Assembly (NCBI GenBank): GCA_049521795.1
Contig: JBEKOM010000004.1
Span: 32,001 to 96,000, forward strand
Source: Candidatus Bathyarchaeia archaeon
Lineage (GTDB): Archaea > Thermoproteota > Bathyarchaeia > Bathyarchaeales > Bathycorpusculaceae
Direction of reading: 5' to 3'
Length of the DNA: 64,000 nt
Part shown: in pieces, positions 48,468 to 57,856 of the stretch
Layout: each line of letters begins with the position of its first letter
Position numbering within the stretch: the first letter of the stretch is position 1
Translations under genes and position numbers: made by a program
Notes under the pieces: generated by a model
What the model was told of the DNA's origin: nothing
Database searches by the model: none
The model's input: only the letters and a program-made list of their open reading frames with translations

Positions 48468-49613
48468 GTGAGCATAACGACGGCAATACTAGGCTTACAT
48501 AGCCGGATCATCCAAGCACAGTTTGGCGACACCAGTGTAACCTGGATTCTGAACGTGCTCTTCTACGTCGTTTTCATCGTCTTCATTTTCTATGGGCAGA
48601 GGCTTCAGACGTACGTGATGATCAGGGAAGTAGAGGGGTCACTCTACAAACTGAAGTTCATAAAGGAAGAGGGCCGCAAGATCACGATAGAAACTATAAA
48701 AGAGATTGGAAAGTCGCAGACGGACCCAACGGCAAGAGTTGACAGGTTCCTGGAATATTTCACGATATCGCCTCAGTCCCTTGACCCGGCAGGCATAGTT
48801 TGGAAGCTGGAACACATACTGGACGTAAGGGACACACGCTTCAAGGATGAAGTCAAGTTCATGGCTCCATCAGCAGACGAAACCCAAGCAAACAACCTGG
48901 AGAACACACTTGAGGCAGCGATGGCCCTCAACTTCATTTACAAAGTGATAAGACACTTCTACCTGCTAGGCAAGAAAACACTCAGCCTCTACGTCATCAT
49001 GCAGATACAGATGATCTTGCCGATGATCATGAAAGAAGCAGAAGCCTACGCAAGCGCGTTAAAAGCCTTCGCCTACGGCCAGCCAATAGGTGACGGAGCA
49101 GGCGCACTCGTCGCGGCAAAGCTCATGCATGGGCAAGAGACGAGGAAAATAGCCAAGGACTGCGTTGTCGCATCCGTTCCCTTCGAAGGACGAACAGCCT
49201 TCGTCATAAAGGCTGAAGGGCCCGGAGGAAACGTAGGCAAACCCGGAGACGCGGTGAAACAGGTCATCGACGAAAACGAGGGGAAGATCACCATGGTCAT
49301 CATGATCGATGCTGCTCTGAAGCTTGAAGGAGAAGAACTGGGCGAGTTGGCTGAAGGTGTCGGCGCGGCTATAGGAGGCCCCGGAGTTGACCAGTACAAG
49401 ATCGAGGATGCGCTTCTGAAATATCACATTCCCGCAAACGCCATCGTAATAAAAGAAGACATAGGAGACGCTGTTTCACCCTTGCGCAAAGAGGTTTTCG
49501 ATTCGATCGACGGCGTCATAGAAAGGATAAAAGCGGTCGTGTTAGAGAGGACGAAGGAAGGAGACAAAATAGTGATCTGCGGCGTGGGGAACACCATCGG
49601 AATCGGACAGTAG
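48468..49613 (+). CDS. DUF1512 family protein
   Basis: P..LDP.GI..KL, PIGDG.G.LVA, KAEGPG.NVG.PG, IDAALKLEGE..G..AEG.G.AIGG.G, GVGNT.GIGQ. Confidence 0.85.
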   Translation: MSITTAILGLHSRIIQAQFGDTSVTWILNVLFYVVFIVFIFYGQRLQTYVMIREVEGSLYKLKFIKEEGRKITIETIKEIGKSQTDPTARVDRFLEYFTISPQSLDPAGIVWKLEHILDVRDTRFKDEVKFMAPSADETQANNLENTLEAAMALNFIYKVIRHFYLLGKKTLSLYVIMQIQMILPMIMKEAEAYASALKAFAYGQPIGDGAGALVAAKLMHGQETRKIAKDCVVASVPFEGRTAFVIKAEGPGGNVGKPGDAVKQVIDENEGKITMVIMIDAALKLEGEELGELAEGVGAAIGGPGVDQYKIEDALLKYHIPANAIVIKEDIGDAVSPLRKEVFDSIDGVIERIKAVVLERTKEGDKIVICGVGNTIGIGQ

Positions 49614-49625
49614 GAGACGGACGAA

Positions 49626-50039
49626 ATGACTGAAACTCAAGCGTCAAGCCCGACACCCCGAATAGCGTCCTCTGTGATGATAGCCGTGTTCCTAGCCCTT
49701 GCACTGTCGTTCGTAGCCCTCATTTACGCGCTGAGCATTCTTGATCAAGACTATGAAACTGCATCGATCTTCCTGATAATGGGATTCTTGGGAGTGGCGT
49801 TGTCCACGTACGTTTTGTTCCAGACGCGGAGACGACTTTCAAAGCTGAAGATCGTGCCTGCCCCTGTGACGACCACCATAGAGTGCAAGAAATGTGGCTT
49901 TAAGAACGTCAGAGAGTTCCAGCGAGGAGACTACATTTTCAAAGAAGGCGAACCATGCCAAAAATGCAGTGACAAGATGCTGATAACAGCGATCTACAGG
50001 GAAGTCAAACAGAAAGAGAAAGAAAAAGTACCTTTCTAG
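49626..50039 (+). CDS. Membrane protein with C-terminal zinc ribbon
   Basis: Two TM helices; C.KCG.K..R.F..GDY+FK...C.KC...M.I.AIY. Confidence 0.78.
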   Translation: MTETQASSPTPRIASSVMIAVFLALALSFVALIYALSILDQDYETASIFLIMGFLGVALSTYVLFQTRRRLSKLKIVPAPVTTTIECKKCGFKNVREFQRGDYIFKEGEPCQKCSDKMLITAIYREVKQKEKEKVPF

Positions 50040-50941
50040 GTTAACACGGAACAGCCGTCCGCAACGATCAAAACAGTGTGCTCTGCTTGGGCAACTGTTT
50101 TTCCGCTCGCCTCGACGAAAATCGGATACTTCATCAAGGTCTTCGAAGCCAACAGTTCGTCGAAGGCTTCTCTGTAATGTTGCTGGGGCACAACATTCTG
50201 CAGCCAGCGTTCCGCAAAGGGTAAAGTTCTAAAGTTGTCTTCAATGTACTTTTGAAGTTCTCTCGCGTGAGGGTTTTTCGTAGACCTCGACCTGAGAAAA
50301 CGGAAAATCGTGGATTCGTCACCGTTTTCAACTCTGCCCGCAGCGTTTGGAACGGTTACGAAAGGTTCGATGGCATAAACGCTACCTAACTTGATTTTTG
50401 TTGAAAAAAGCTGTGAAACGTTTGGCAACGACGTGCCAGTGTGCACGACGTACCTGCCGACCTGATGACCCGTCAAGTTTGAAATGGGTTTGAAACCGCG
50501 AGACTTGATCGCACGTTCTATCATTGTCCCAAGCTTTGACGTGGACATTCCTAGTTGAATGTTTTCGACGGCAGTCTTCAAAGCATGTTCTGCCGTTTCC
50601 ACCAAGCTTTCGTATTCGGGGTCAAAACACACTGTAACCGCGGTGTCAGTCAGGTAGCCGTCGATGTGGGCGCCGATGTCCACTTTGACTAAAGATTTCT
50701 CGGGGATTCTTCTCTCATCATCCGGGGGAGAAGTGTAATGCGCAGCAACTTCATTCACGGAAACGTTACATGGAAACGCTGGCTTTGCTCCCTTCTGCCT
50801 TATCAGGCTCTCCGCTTTCTCGCAAATGTCGATGATCGGCATGCCTTCACGTACATAATTCTTCATTTCTTCCCGCGTCTCGCGCAGAATCTTCCCTGAG
50901 AGGCGAAGCTTTTCAAGAACTTCCTTTTCAGATTCGCTCAT
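50036..50941 (-). CDS. map: Methionine aminopeptidase type II
   Basis: AFPCN+S.N..AAHY, DIGAH+DGY..D.A, NLTGH, AIEPF, AQAEHT. Confidence 0.96.
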   Translation of the reverse strand: MSESEKEVLEKLRLSGKILRETREEMKNYVREGMPIIDICEKAESLIRQKGAKPAFPCNVSVNEVAAHYTSPPDDERRIPEKSLVKVDIGAHIDGYLTDTAVTVCFDPEYESLVETAEHALKTAVENIQLGMSTSKLGTMIERAIKSRGFKPISNLTGHQVGRYVVHTGTSLPNVSQLFSTKIKLGSVYAIEPFVTVPNAAGRVENGDESTIFRFLRSRSTKNPHARELQKYIEDNFRTLPFAERWLQNVVPQQHYREAFDELLASKTLMKYPIFVEASGKTVAQAEHTVLIVADGCSVLT

Positions 50942-50976
50942 CAAAGTCACTTTTTCCAGACGTGCGATCTTGCACT

Positions 50977-52107
50977 TCACCTTTTTATGTGGAATTCTCC
51001 GATTATGTCTCTTGCTTTTTCACGCTTCTTCTGATGCCCAACGAGAAACTTGTTGACTCTTTCAGCGAGTTCTTTCTTGCACTCGCCGCACAGGACTTCG
51101 CCAGCCTTGCAGCGTCTCTTCCTTTCTGCAAGTTTCTCGTCATCCTCCTCGTACAGATAGAGGAAATATTGAAAGACTGTGCAGACATCAGGGTCGGCGC
51201 CCTCTTTTCTTTGTTCAGCGACTGTTCCTTTTCCACCCGTAAATGCCTTCCAGATCTTCTGTTCAACCAGTTCAGGCGGGTCTGTCGTGAAGATCGCTGT
51301 CTCAGGTTCTGAAGCGCTCATCTTCCCACCGACGCCTAATCCTGGCAAGAAACGGTTGTGGATCTGAGCTGGCTTGTAGTACCCAAGCTTCTGGGCGATG
51401 TCTCGCGTGATCCTCCAGAAGGGGTCCTGGTCTATCGCTGCTGGTATAAGAGCGGGGACGTTTTCTCCAGTTAGTTTCTTGTGTATGAAACAAGGAACCG
51501 CTTGGACGGCGGGCCAGAATACCCAGCCGAGGTTTGTGCTGTCCTGAAAACCAAAGGTCGCTCTTGCCGTGGAATACGTTATTCGCTTGGCAACTTCCAA
51601 CGCAATGTCGTAGAGCAAATCGATGTCATCAACATCGTAGATGATGAAAGTGTTCTTCGGTTCAAAGCCCAGCGCAACAAGGTCCAAAGCGTTCTCATAA
51701 CCCAACTTCGTAGTTTCAGACAGGACGAGATCATCGTCGACCACGAACTTCTCATCGTCAGTCATCTGGAAGTAGAGCCGCGTGCCAAACGCGTCTTGAA
51801 GATGCTTCGTGAAAATCCAAGGAACAAGATGTCCAATGTGAACAGGGCCCGAAGGGCCTCTGCCCGTGTACAGCACGAACTTGACCCCTTTGTCGTACAA
51901 GTCAAGAACAACGCCTAGGTCTCTGTGAGAAAAGAACAGTTCCCTGCGCAGCTGAAGATGAACACCGCCAGTGTACTTGGCAAGTCTTCGCCGAAGCTCT
52001 TCGGTTAATGGCTCGGTTCCAAACTCTCGAATCAAACGTTCATAGTCAACCTTGCCCCTCACTTCCCAAGGAGTAACGACCATTCCGTTTCTTTCCTCAT
52101 CAGTCAA
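50977..52107 (-). CDS. trpS: Tryptophanyl-tRNA synthetase (archaeal/eukaryotic type)
   Basis: VTPWEV, YTGRGPS..VHIGH, TDDEKF, AIDQDP, KMSAS, CGECK. Confidence 0.96.
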   Translation of the reverse strand: MTDEERNGMVVTPWEVRGKVDYERLIREFGTEPLTEELRRRLAKYTGGVHLQLRRELFFSHRDLGVVLDLYDKGVKFVLYTGRGPSGPVHIGHLVPWIFTKHLQDAFGTRLYFQMTDDEKFVVDDDLVLSETTKLGYENALDLVALGFEPKNTFIIYDVDDIDLLYDIALEVAKRITYSTARATFGFQDSTNLGWVFWPAVQAVPCFIHKKLTGENVPALIPAAIDQDPFWRITRDIAQKLGYYKPAQIHNRFLPGLGVGGKMSASEPETAIFTTDPPELVEQKIWKAFTGGKGTVAEQRKEGADPDVCTVFQYFLYLYEEDDEKLAERKRRCKAGEVLCGECKKELAERVNKFLVGHQKKREKARDIIGEFHIKR

Positions 52108-52390
52108 ACCTGAAGCCGCCCGAATACCTCAGCTCTTTATACAATTCATGGAAAACGTATTAAATCTTGTGTGAACCGTGGGAACCCACTTGTGCCCGAT
52201 GCTCGAAAGAATAAGACATAAATATGATTCTTGATTCTCTGGTTGCTGTGAGTTAGTGATGCCCTGCCAATTTCTGTAAAAGGGCAAATTTCTTCCAGAA
52301 AAAAACCATCGGACGACATGCATACTTTTATTAAAAATAGAACAACTACATTACCGACTCCTATTAACGGCACATGTGAAGGGAACAACG

Positions 52391-53902
52391 ATGGTTGACC
52401 TCAGAGAACACGAACAAAGAACACTCTCAACCTTGGCTAAGCTAGGTGGAAAGACATCAGCTGAACAGTTGATAAGCCAAAGTGGACTGTCCGACGCTGC
52501 GGTGATGCGCGCAGCGTTGACCCTGCAGGACAAGAAACTTGTACAGATCAATGAAGAAGAAGAGACAATCATGAGACTCAACGCGGAAGGAAAAATATAT
52601 GCAACAAGCGGACTGCCGGAAAGGCAAGCCATACGCGCCTTAAGCAGACTAGGCGGCAAAGCGCCTCTAGTAGAAGTCTTTGAAAAAGCTGAGCTTGGGA
52701 AGCAGCTTATCCCTATCGCGTTAGGCTGGATTCAAAGAAAGAAATGGGCAACTCTGGACTCGAAAGCAAACACTCTGCAGTTGCAGGGAAAACAAGAAGA
52801 GGAGAACGATGAGAAACTCGTGAAACTTTTGGCTGAACGGAAAGAAGCCAGAGTTGAAGACTTGAGTCCTGACCTTCAAGAAGCTTTTCCACTTCTGAAG
52901 AGAAGAAAGATCCTTGATGTTGAAGAGAAGACGAAGAGAATAATCGAATTGACAGAAGCTGGCAATGCTTTAGTCAGAAGAGGATTGAAAGCCGCTGCTG
53001 AAGTTACGCAGCTCACCCCTCAACTCATAATTACCGGTAAATGGCGGAAGGTAAGCCTTCAAAAGTACAACATACAAGCCCCAGTTGCAAAGACGTGGCC
53101 AGGCAAAAAGCATCCCTATCTCCAGTTCATCGACAGCGTGAAAGAGAAACTCATCAACTTAGGATTTGAAGAGATGACTGGCACGAGCGTCGAAACGTCC
53201 TTCTTCAACTTCGATGCTCTGTACATGCCTCAGGACCATCCGGCCCGCGAGATCATGGACATATACCTCGTGAAGTCTCCAAAGTACGGCAGCATAGGCG
53301 CTTCGAAGCGTGTCCTTCAAAACGTTAAGCAAACTCATGAGAACGGCTGGAAAACGGGCTCAACCGGATGGCGGTACAATTACTCCGTCAAAGATGCAAA
53401 ACGTCTGATCCTGCGAGGTCACGGAACCTGCCTCAGCGCCAGAACCCTTCTGAGCAAAGACCTGCACATCCCAGGCAGGTATTTCTCGATCGCCCGCTGC
53501 TACAGACCAGACGTGCTTGACCAAACTCATCTCACCGAGTTCAACCAGGTTGAAGGAATCGTCGTTGACGAGAACCTGAACCTCAGAGACCTCTTGGGAA
53601 TTCTGCTGGCTTTCGCCACTGAAATAGCCGAGGCTGACAAAGTCAGGCTGAAGCCGGATTATTACCCGTTCACCGAGCCCAGCGTGGAACTCAGCGCCTA
53701 CAAGAAAGGATACGGATGGATCGAGTTCGGAGGCTCAGGCATCTTCAGGCCCGAAGTCACCCTGCCCCTGGGCATCAAGGTTCCTGTCATCGCGTGGGGC
53801 TTAGGCATAGACCGTTTGTTCATGATGAAGGCTGGAATAGACGACATACGAAGCATCTTCTCTAATGATCTACTATGGTTGAGGACTAAGGAGGTCGCGT
53901 AG
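52391..53902 (+). CDS. pheS: Phenylalanyl-tRNA synthetase alpha subunit (archaeal long form)
   Basis: FNFDALY.PQDHPARE, HLTEF.QVEG, YYPFTEPS, GGSGIFRPEV, AWGLGIDRL. Confidence 0.97.
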   Translation: MVDLREHEQRTLSTLAKLGGKTSAEQLISQSGLSDAAVMRAALTLQDKKLVQINEEEETIMRLNAEGKIYATSGLPERQAIRALSRLGGKAPLVEVFEKAELGKQLIPIALGWIQRKKWATLDSKANTLQLQGKQEEENDEKLVKLLAERKEARVEDLSPDLQEAFPLLKRRKILDVEEKTKRIIELTEAGNALVRRGLKAAAEVTQLTPQLIITGKWRKVSLQKYNIQAPVAKTWPGKKHPYLQFIDSVKEKLINLGFEEMTGTSVETSFFNFDALYMPQDHPAREIMDIYLVKSPKYGSIGASKRVLQNVKQTHENGWKTGSTGWRYNYSVKDAKRLILRGHGTCLSARTLLSKDLHIPGRYFSIARCYRPDVLDQTHLTEFNQVEGIVVDENLNLRDLLGILLAFATEIAEADKVRLKPDYYPFTEPSVELSAYKKGYGWIEFGGSGIFRPEVTLPLGIKVPVIAWGLGIDRLFMMKAGIDDIRSIFSNDLLWLRTKEVA

Positions 53903-53903
53903 C

Positions 53904-55598
53904 ATGCCAACCATAGACGTCGACTACGCAGAATTCGAGAAACTGCTGGGGACAGAGCTGCACAAAGACCCTGAAAAAATCGATAAAGTCCTAGCCTTAG
54001 CCAAGTGCGAAATGAAACTTTTCGATGAAAACACCGGCGCGATGACCATTGAGTTCAAGGACACAAACCGAGCAGATCTCTGGAGCATTGAAGGATTAGT
54101 CAGGACTCTGCGCCTGCTCTTAGGACTGGACAGAGGCTTGAAGCGGTACAAGACAGTTAAAGAATTGGCTGAGGTGTACGTTGACAAGAGACTAGCCAAT
54201 ATCAGACCGTACATAGGCTGTTCCATAATCAAGAACCTCAAATTGACGGACCCGATGATTCGAGCGGTGATGCAGCTTCAGGACAAGCTAGACCACACGT
54301 ACGGGAGAAACAGACGCCGAACGTCCATCGGCCTGTACAACTTTGACCTCATGACCCCTCCTTTCAGCTACACCGTTGTCAAGCCTACAGAAGTCAGTTT
54401 TGTGCCGCTTGGCTTTGAGAAAGAGATGAATCTGAGGGAGATTCTGAAGCACCACCCTAAAGGGTTAGAGTACGGTTCAACCGTAGCGGGAAACAGCGTC
54501 TACCCGATACTTCTTGACAGTGAGAAGAGGGTACTATCATTCCCACCGATCATAAACTCAAACGACCTTGGGAGAGTGACCGAGGACACTAGGAACGTTC
54601 TGGTCGAAGTCACGGGCACAGTTCATGAAACCGTGCTCAACACACTCAAGATAGTAACCTTGTCGCTGATTGACAGAGGAGGAAAGGCTTACTCCACCAT
54701 GGTTCATTATCCGGATGACAGTTTGACGGTGGTGACGCCGAGTTTTGAAACGGGGCAGATGGACCTTGACGTTGGATACGCAAACAAAGTATTAGGCCTT
54801 CAGCTGAAACCCCGACAGATCGGTAAACTGCTTGAGAAAGCCGGCTTCGGAGTTGCAAAACTCGAAAGGGACAAGATAACCGTGGAAATCCCTTGCTACC
54901 GAATTGACATAATGCACCCGATAGACCTGATTGAAGATGTTGCCATAGCCTATGGATATGATAATATCAAACCGTTCTGGCGCAAGCTGTCGACGAGAGG
55001 CGGCGCCAAGCCGTGGCAAGCCTTTCTTGACGTTGCCAGAGAGCTAATGGTAGGGCTCGGCTTCCAAGAAGTTCTCACGTTCAACATGACAAACCCAGAA
55101 AACCTGTTCACTAAAATGAACATCAAAAAACAGAGAATAGTGGAGCTGGCAAACCCGAAGGTTCAGACGTTGACGTGTCTCAGAAACTGGATGCTGCCGA
55201 GCCTACTGGAGTTCTTGAGCCACAACCTTCACATTGAATATCCCCAGAAAGTGTTTGAACTCGGCACGGTCACGGTTTTGGATGAGAAGTCAGAGACACG
55301 AACGAGAGACGTGCACACTCTTGCAACGGTCATCTCCCACGCAAACGCAAGCTTCACAGAAGTAAAGTCGGCTCTGGACGCGCTTCTCATGAACCTAGGT
55401 GTCCAATGGCAGATAAAAGAGGCAGAGCATCCAAGCTTCATAGAAGGAAGAGTGGGCACAGTCATCGCCAACAGAACAGAAGTCGGAATACTGGGCGAAA
55501 TCCATCCGAAAGTTCTGGAAACGTGGGCGCTTGAAAATCCCGTCGCTGGCTTCGAACTTAACATCGATAGCATAAGCAGAATAAGACATGAACACTGA
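53904..55598 (+). CDS. pheT: Phenylalanyl-tRNA synthetase beta subunit
   Basis: MPTI, NR.DL.S.EG, QDKL...YGR.R, SFPPIINS, R.DIMHP.D..ED+AIAYGY, GEIHP.VL. Confidence 0.97.
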   Translation: MPTIDVDYAEFEKLLGTELHKDPEKIDKVLALAKCEMKLFDENTGAMTIEFKDTNRADLWSIEGLVRTLRLLLGLDRGLKRYKTVKELAEVYVDKRLANIRPYIGCSIIKNLKLTDPMIRAVMQLQDKLDHTYGRNRRRTSIGLYNFDLMTPPFSYTVVKPTEVSFVPLGFEKEMNLREILKHHPKGLEYGSTVAGNSVYPILLDSEKRVLSFPPIINSNDLGRVTEDTRNVLVEVTGTVHETVLNTLKIVTLSLIDRGGKAYSTMVHYPDDSLTVVTPSFETGQMDLDVGYANKVLGLQLKPRQIGKLLEKAGFGVAKLERDKITVEIPCYRIDIMHPIDLIEDVAIAYGYDNIKPFWRKLSTRGGAKPWQAFLDVARELMVGLGFQEVLTFNMTNPENLFTKMNIKKQRIVELANPKVQTLTCLRNWMLPSLLEFLSHNLHIEYPQKVFELGTVTVLDEKSETRTRDVHTLATVISHANASFTEVKSALDALLMNLGVQWQIKEAEHPSFIEGRVGTVIANRTEVGILGEIHPKVLETWALENPVAGFELNIDSISRIRHEH

Positions 55599-55645
55599 GG
55601 CAAGAACAATAACCTTTAACTTTCCTAACACGCCTATTTCTGGTT

Positions 55646-55829
55646 GGCGATGACGCAGTTGAGCCATTCCTAATCCCGTCGACAAATCCACGCAGACGGA
55701 CCCAACAGAAGAGAGCAAGCTGTGTGCTTGCCTATTCTTATGACGACGGGTTTACCCAAACGTGGGACACGACGGGCGCGGGCAAAATTCCCTCGACGGA
55801 GAGAGCTTAGCTTAGAGGAGCGCATCGCC
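55646..55829 (+). ncRNA. Candidate unannotated structured ncRNA (~185 nt)
   Basis: Nested helices GGCGATG-A-CGC/GCGCATCGCC, AGTTGAGC/GCTTAGCT, CCGTCGA/TCGACGG, GACCC/GGGTT, GCAAGC/GCTTGC and CCCA/TGGG; TATA-like AACCTTTAAC at 55611-55620. Confidence 0.6.
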
Positions 55830-55929
55830 CCACAATGAAGTTAAGTGTTAGGTTACGTGGGAGACACGTGCCCGCGACAAAACAACCTTCACAAACGTTT
55901 CCAAGCCATGTTTAAAACAGGTTCGAGCA

Positions 55930-56100
55930 CGCCGCCCACACTCAGATCACATTGAGACACAGTTCAAACATGAGTTCGTGATAGCAGATTTTGATGAACC
56001 AACGCCATCAAAGAAGGCCATTGAGGAACACTACAGAGAATTCGATGACGAACAAAAGTGCGTCCCAAGGTTTCTATCTATATGTGGCAAGATAAGATAG
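55930..56100 (+). pseudogene. Possible decayed C-terminus of a SAM-dependent methyltransferase
   Basis: A frame with no start codon upstream of the similar region reads RPHSDHIETQFKHEFVIADFDEPTPSKKAIEEHYREF...VPRFLSICGK, resembling the 'R.LS.Y...L...GF.I....EP.P......P.FL.I.A.K' tail of class I methyltransferases. Confidence 0.35.
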
Positions 56101-56190
56101 ACATCGAGCTCAAACCGTAGCGTTGCGTCGGAAGCAACTCTTAAGTTTCACTCGCACATAGAAGCTAGGAAGAAAACCGCATAGGTAAGG

Positions 56191-57285
56191 TTGAACTTGG
56201 ACATCGAGACGAAGATGGAACTTGTCTGCAGACCTCCGACTGAAGAGGTCTTAACACCTGAAGACTTGAGGCACCTTCTGCAAACAGAGGAGCATCCGAT
56301 AGCCTACAATGGATGGGAACCATCCGGCCTGGTCCACCTCGGAACGGGCTTGATCTGTGTCTACAAGATTAAGGACTTCATAGAGGCTGGAATACGTTAC
56401 AAGGCGTACCTCTCCACGTGGCACGCATGGCTGAACAACAAGATGGGCGGAGACCTCAAACTCATCAGAAAAGCAGCAGAACTCTTCAAGCACTCGTGGA
56501 TAGCCCTAGGCGTGCCGCCGGAAAAGGTTGAATTCATCTACTCAGACGAACTGTACGACGACGTAGACTATTGGGCTAAAGTAGTCATGGTTGCAAAGAA
56601 CTTGTCCATAGCCAGGGTGACCAGGACACTGGAGATTGCAGGAAGAAAAGAATCAGAAGCAAGACGCGTCTCAGACTACATGTACACACCGATGCAGGTT
56701 GCCGACATATTCCACATGGAAGTGAAGATATGTCAGTTAGGCATGGACCAGCGAAAAGCGAACGTCGTCGCGAGAGAACTGGGCGAACGCCTCGGATTCT
56801 GGAAGCCAGTGTGCGTGCACCACAGCTACCTTCAAGGGCTTGTGAAACCTCCTCTCTGGCCCATCCCGAAAGAAAAGGAGAGAGAGATCCTGTCATCGAT
56901 AAAAATGTCAAAGAGCAGGCCTGAAACTTGCATTTTCATCTACGACTCGCCTGAAGAGATAAAGAAAAAGATTTCAATGGCCTTCTGCCCGGAAAAAGCC
57001 GTCGAGTATAATCCGATACTGGAGATCTGCAAGTACATAATCTTCAAAGAAGAGAAGACATTCACGATAGACAGGCCTGCCAAGTACGGAGGAAGAGTCG
57101 AGTTCCACAGTTTCCGAGAGCTTGCAAATTCCTACGCGAGCGGAAGCCTGCACCCGCAAGACCTCAAAAATTCCGTGGCTGCAGATCTCGCGGAAATCCT
57201 TGCACCAGTAAGGAGGTACTTCGAAGGTAATAGAGAAGCAACTGAGTGCCTTAACCTCGTGAGAAAAGCTGACGTTACAAGGTAG
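56191..57285 (+). CDS. tyrS: Tyrosyl-tRNA synthetase (archaeal type)
   Basis: YNGWEPSG.VHLG, Y.PMQVADIF, GMDQRKA, KMSKS, AFCP, LHP.DLK. Confidence 0.96.
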   Translation: MNLDIETKMELVCRPPTEEVLTPEDLRHLLQTEEHPIAYNGWEPSGLVHLGTGLICVYKIKDFIEAGIRYKAYLSTWHAWLNNKMGGDLKLIRKAAELFKHSWIALGVPPEKVEFIYSDELYDDVDYWAKVVMVAKNLSIARVTRTLEIAGRKESEARRVSDYMYTPMQVADIFHMEVKICQLGMDQRKANVVARELGERLGFWKPVCVHHSYLQGLVKPPLWPIPKEKEREILSSIKMSKSRPETCIFIYDSPEEIKKKISMAFCPEKAVEYNPILEICKYIIFKEEKTFTIDRPAKYGGRVEFHSFRELANSYASGSLHPQDLKNSVAADLAEILAPVRRYFEGNREATECLNLVRKADVTR

Positions 57286-57290
57286 AAGCG

Positions 57291-57710
57291 TTGTCCAAGC
57301 ATCTGAAAGAGAGAGAAGAGAGAATTCAGCAAGTACTAGCGTGTCTGATAGAAGAATCGGCAAAAGGAATTCTCATAATCGTAGAAGGAAAGAATGACGT
57401 TCAAACGCTGAGACAACTGGGCGTTGGGGGAGAGATAATATCCGCAAAGACAGGCGGAAGGACACGACTGGATGTCATCTGTGAAGTGGAGGAAAGCGGG
57501 GCCAAGGAAGTGATTATGCTGCTGGACTTTGATCGGCGCGGCAAAGAATGGACAAGAGTGCTCAAGCAACACTTGGAAAAGGCGAAGATAAAACCCAACC
57601 TCACATTTTGGAATGAACTCATGCGGTTCGCAGGCAGAGAGGTCAAGGATGTTGAAGGCCTAGCCTCCTACATTCGAACGTTGAAGAAGAAAGCTGGCGA
57701 AATACCGTAA
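57291..57710 (+). CDS. Stand-alone Toprim domain protein (small primase-like / RNase M5-like)
   Basis: IIVEGKND...L..LG, LLDFDRRG, KDVEGL. Confidence 0.88.
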   Translation: MSKHLKEREERIQQVLACLIEESAKGILIIVEGKNDVQTLRQLGVGGEIISAKTGGRTRLDVICEVEESGAKEVIMLLDFDRRGKEWTRVLKQHLEKAKIKPNLTFWNELMRFAGREVKDVEGLASYIRTLKKKAGEIP

Positions 57711-57779
57711 GAATGAGAAAAGCTTAAAGAGTGTGATTTCTAATTCATAAGTGTAATATATAGTGGATGTTAAGACAAG

Positions 57780-57818
57780 ATCTCGTGGTTGAGAAGGAAA
57801 ATTCTCAATCCACGTGAT
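57780..57818 (+). promoter_or_regulatory. Stable hairpin in the dnaG 5' leader
   Basis: ATC-T-CGTGG-TTGAGAA (GGAAAA loop) TTCTCAA-T-CCACG-T-GAT, ~25 nt upstream of the GGAGGTG SD. Confidence 0.55.
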
Positions 57819-57856
57819 CAACTAACCATTAACTCATCATTAGGAGGTGCACGATT

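Noticed and set aside
55640-55880. RNase P RNA, SRP RNA or T-box identity for the structured region
   Set aside because: No GAGGAAAGUCC-type/P4 pairing, no SRP helix-8 motif, and no T-box consensus on either strand.
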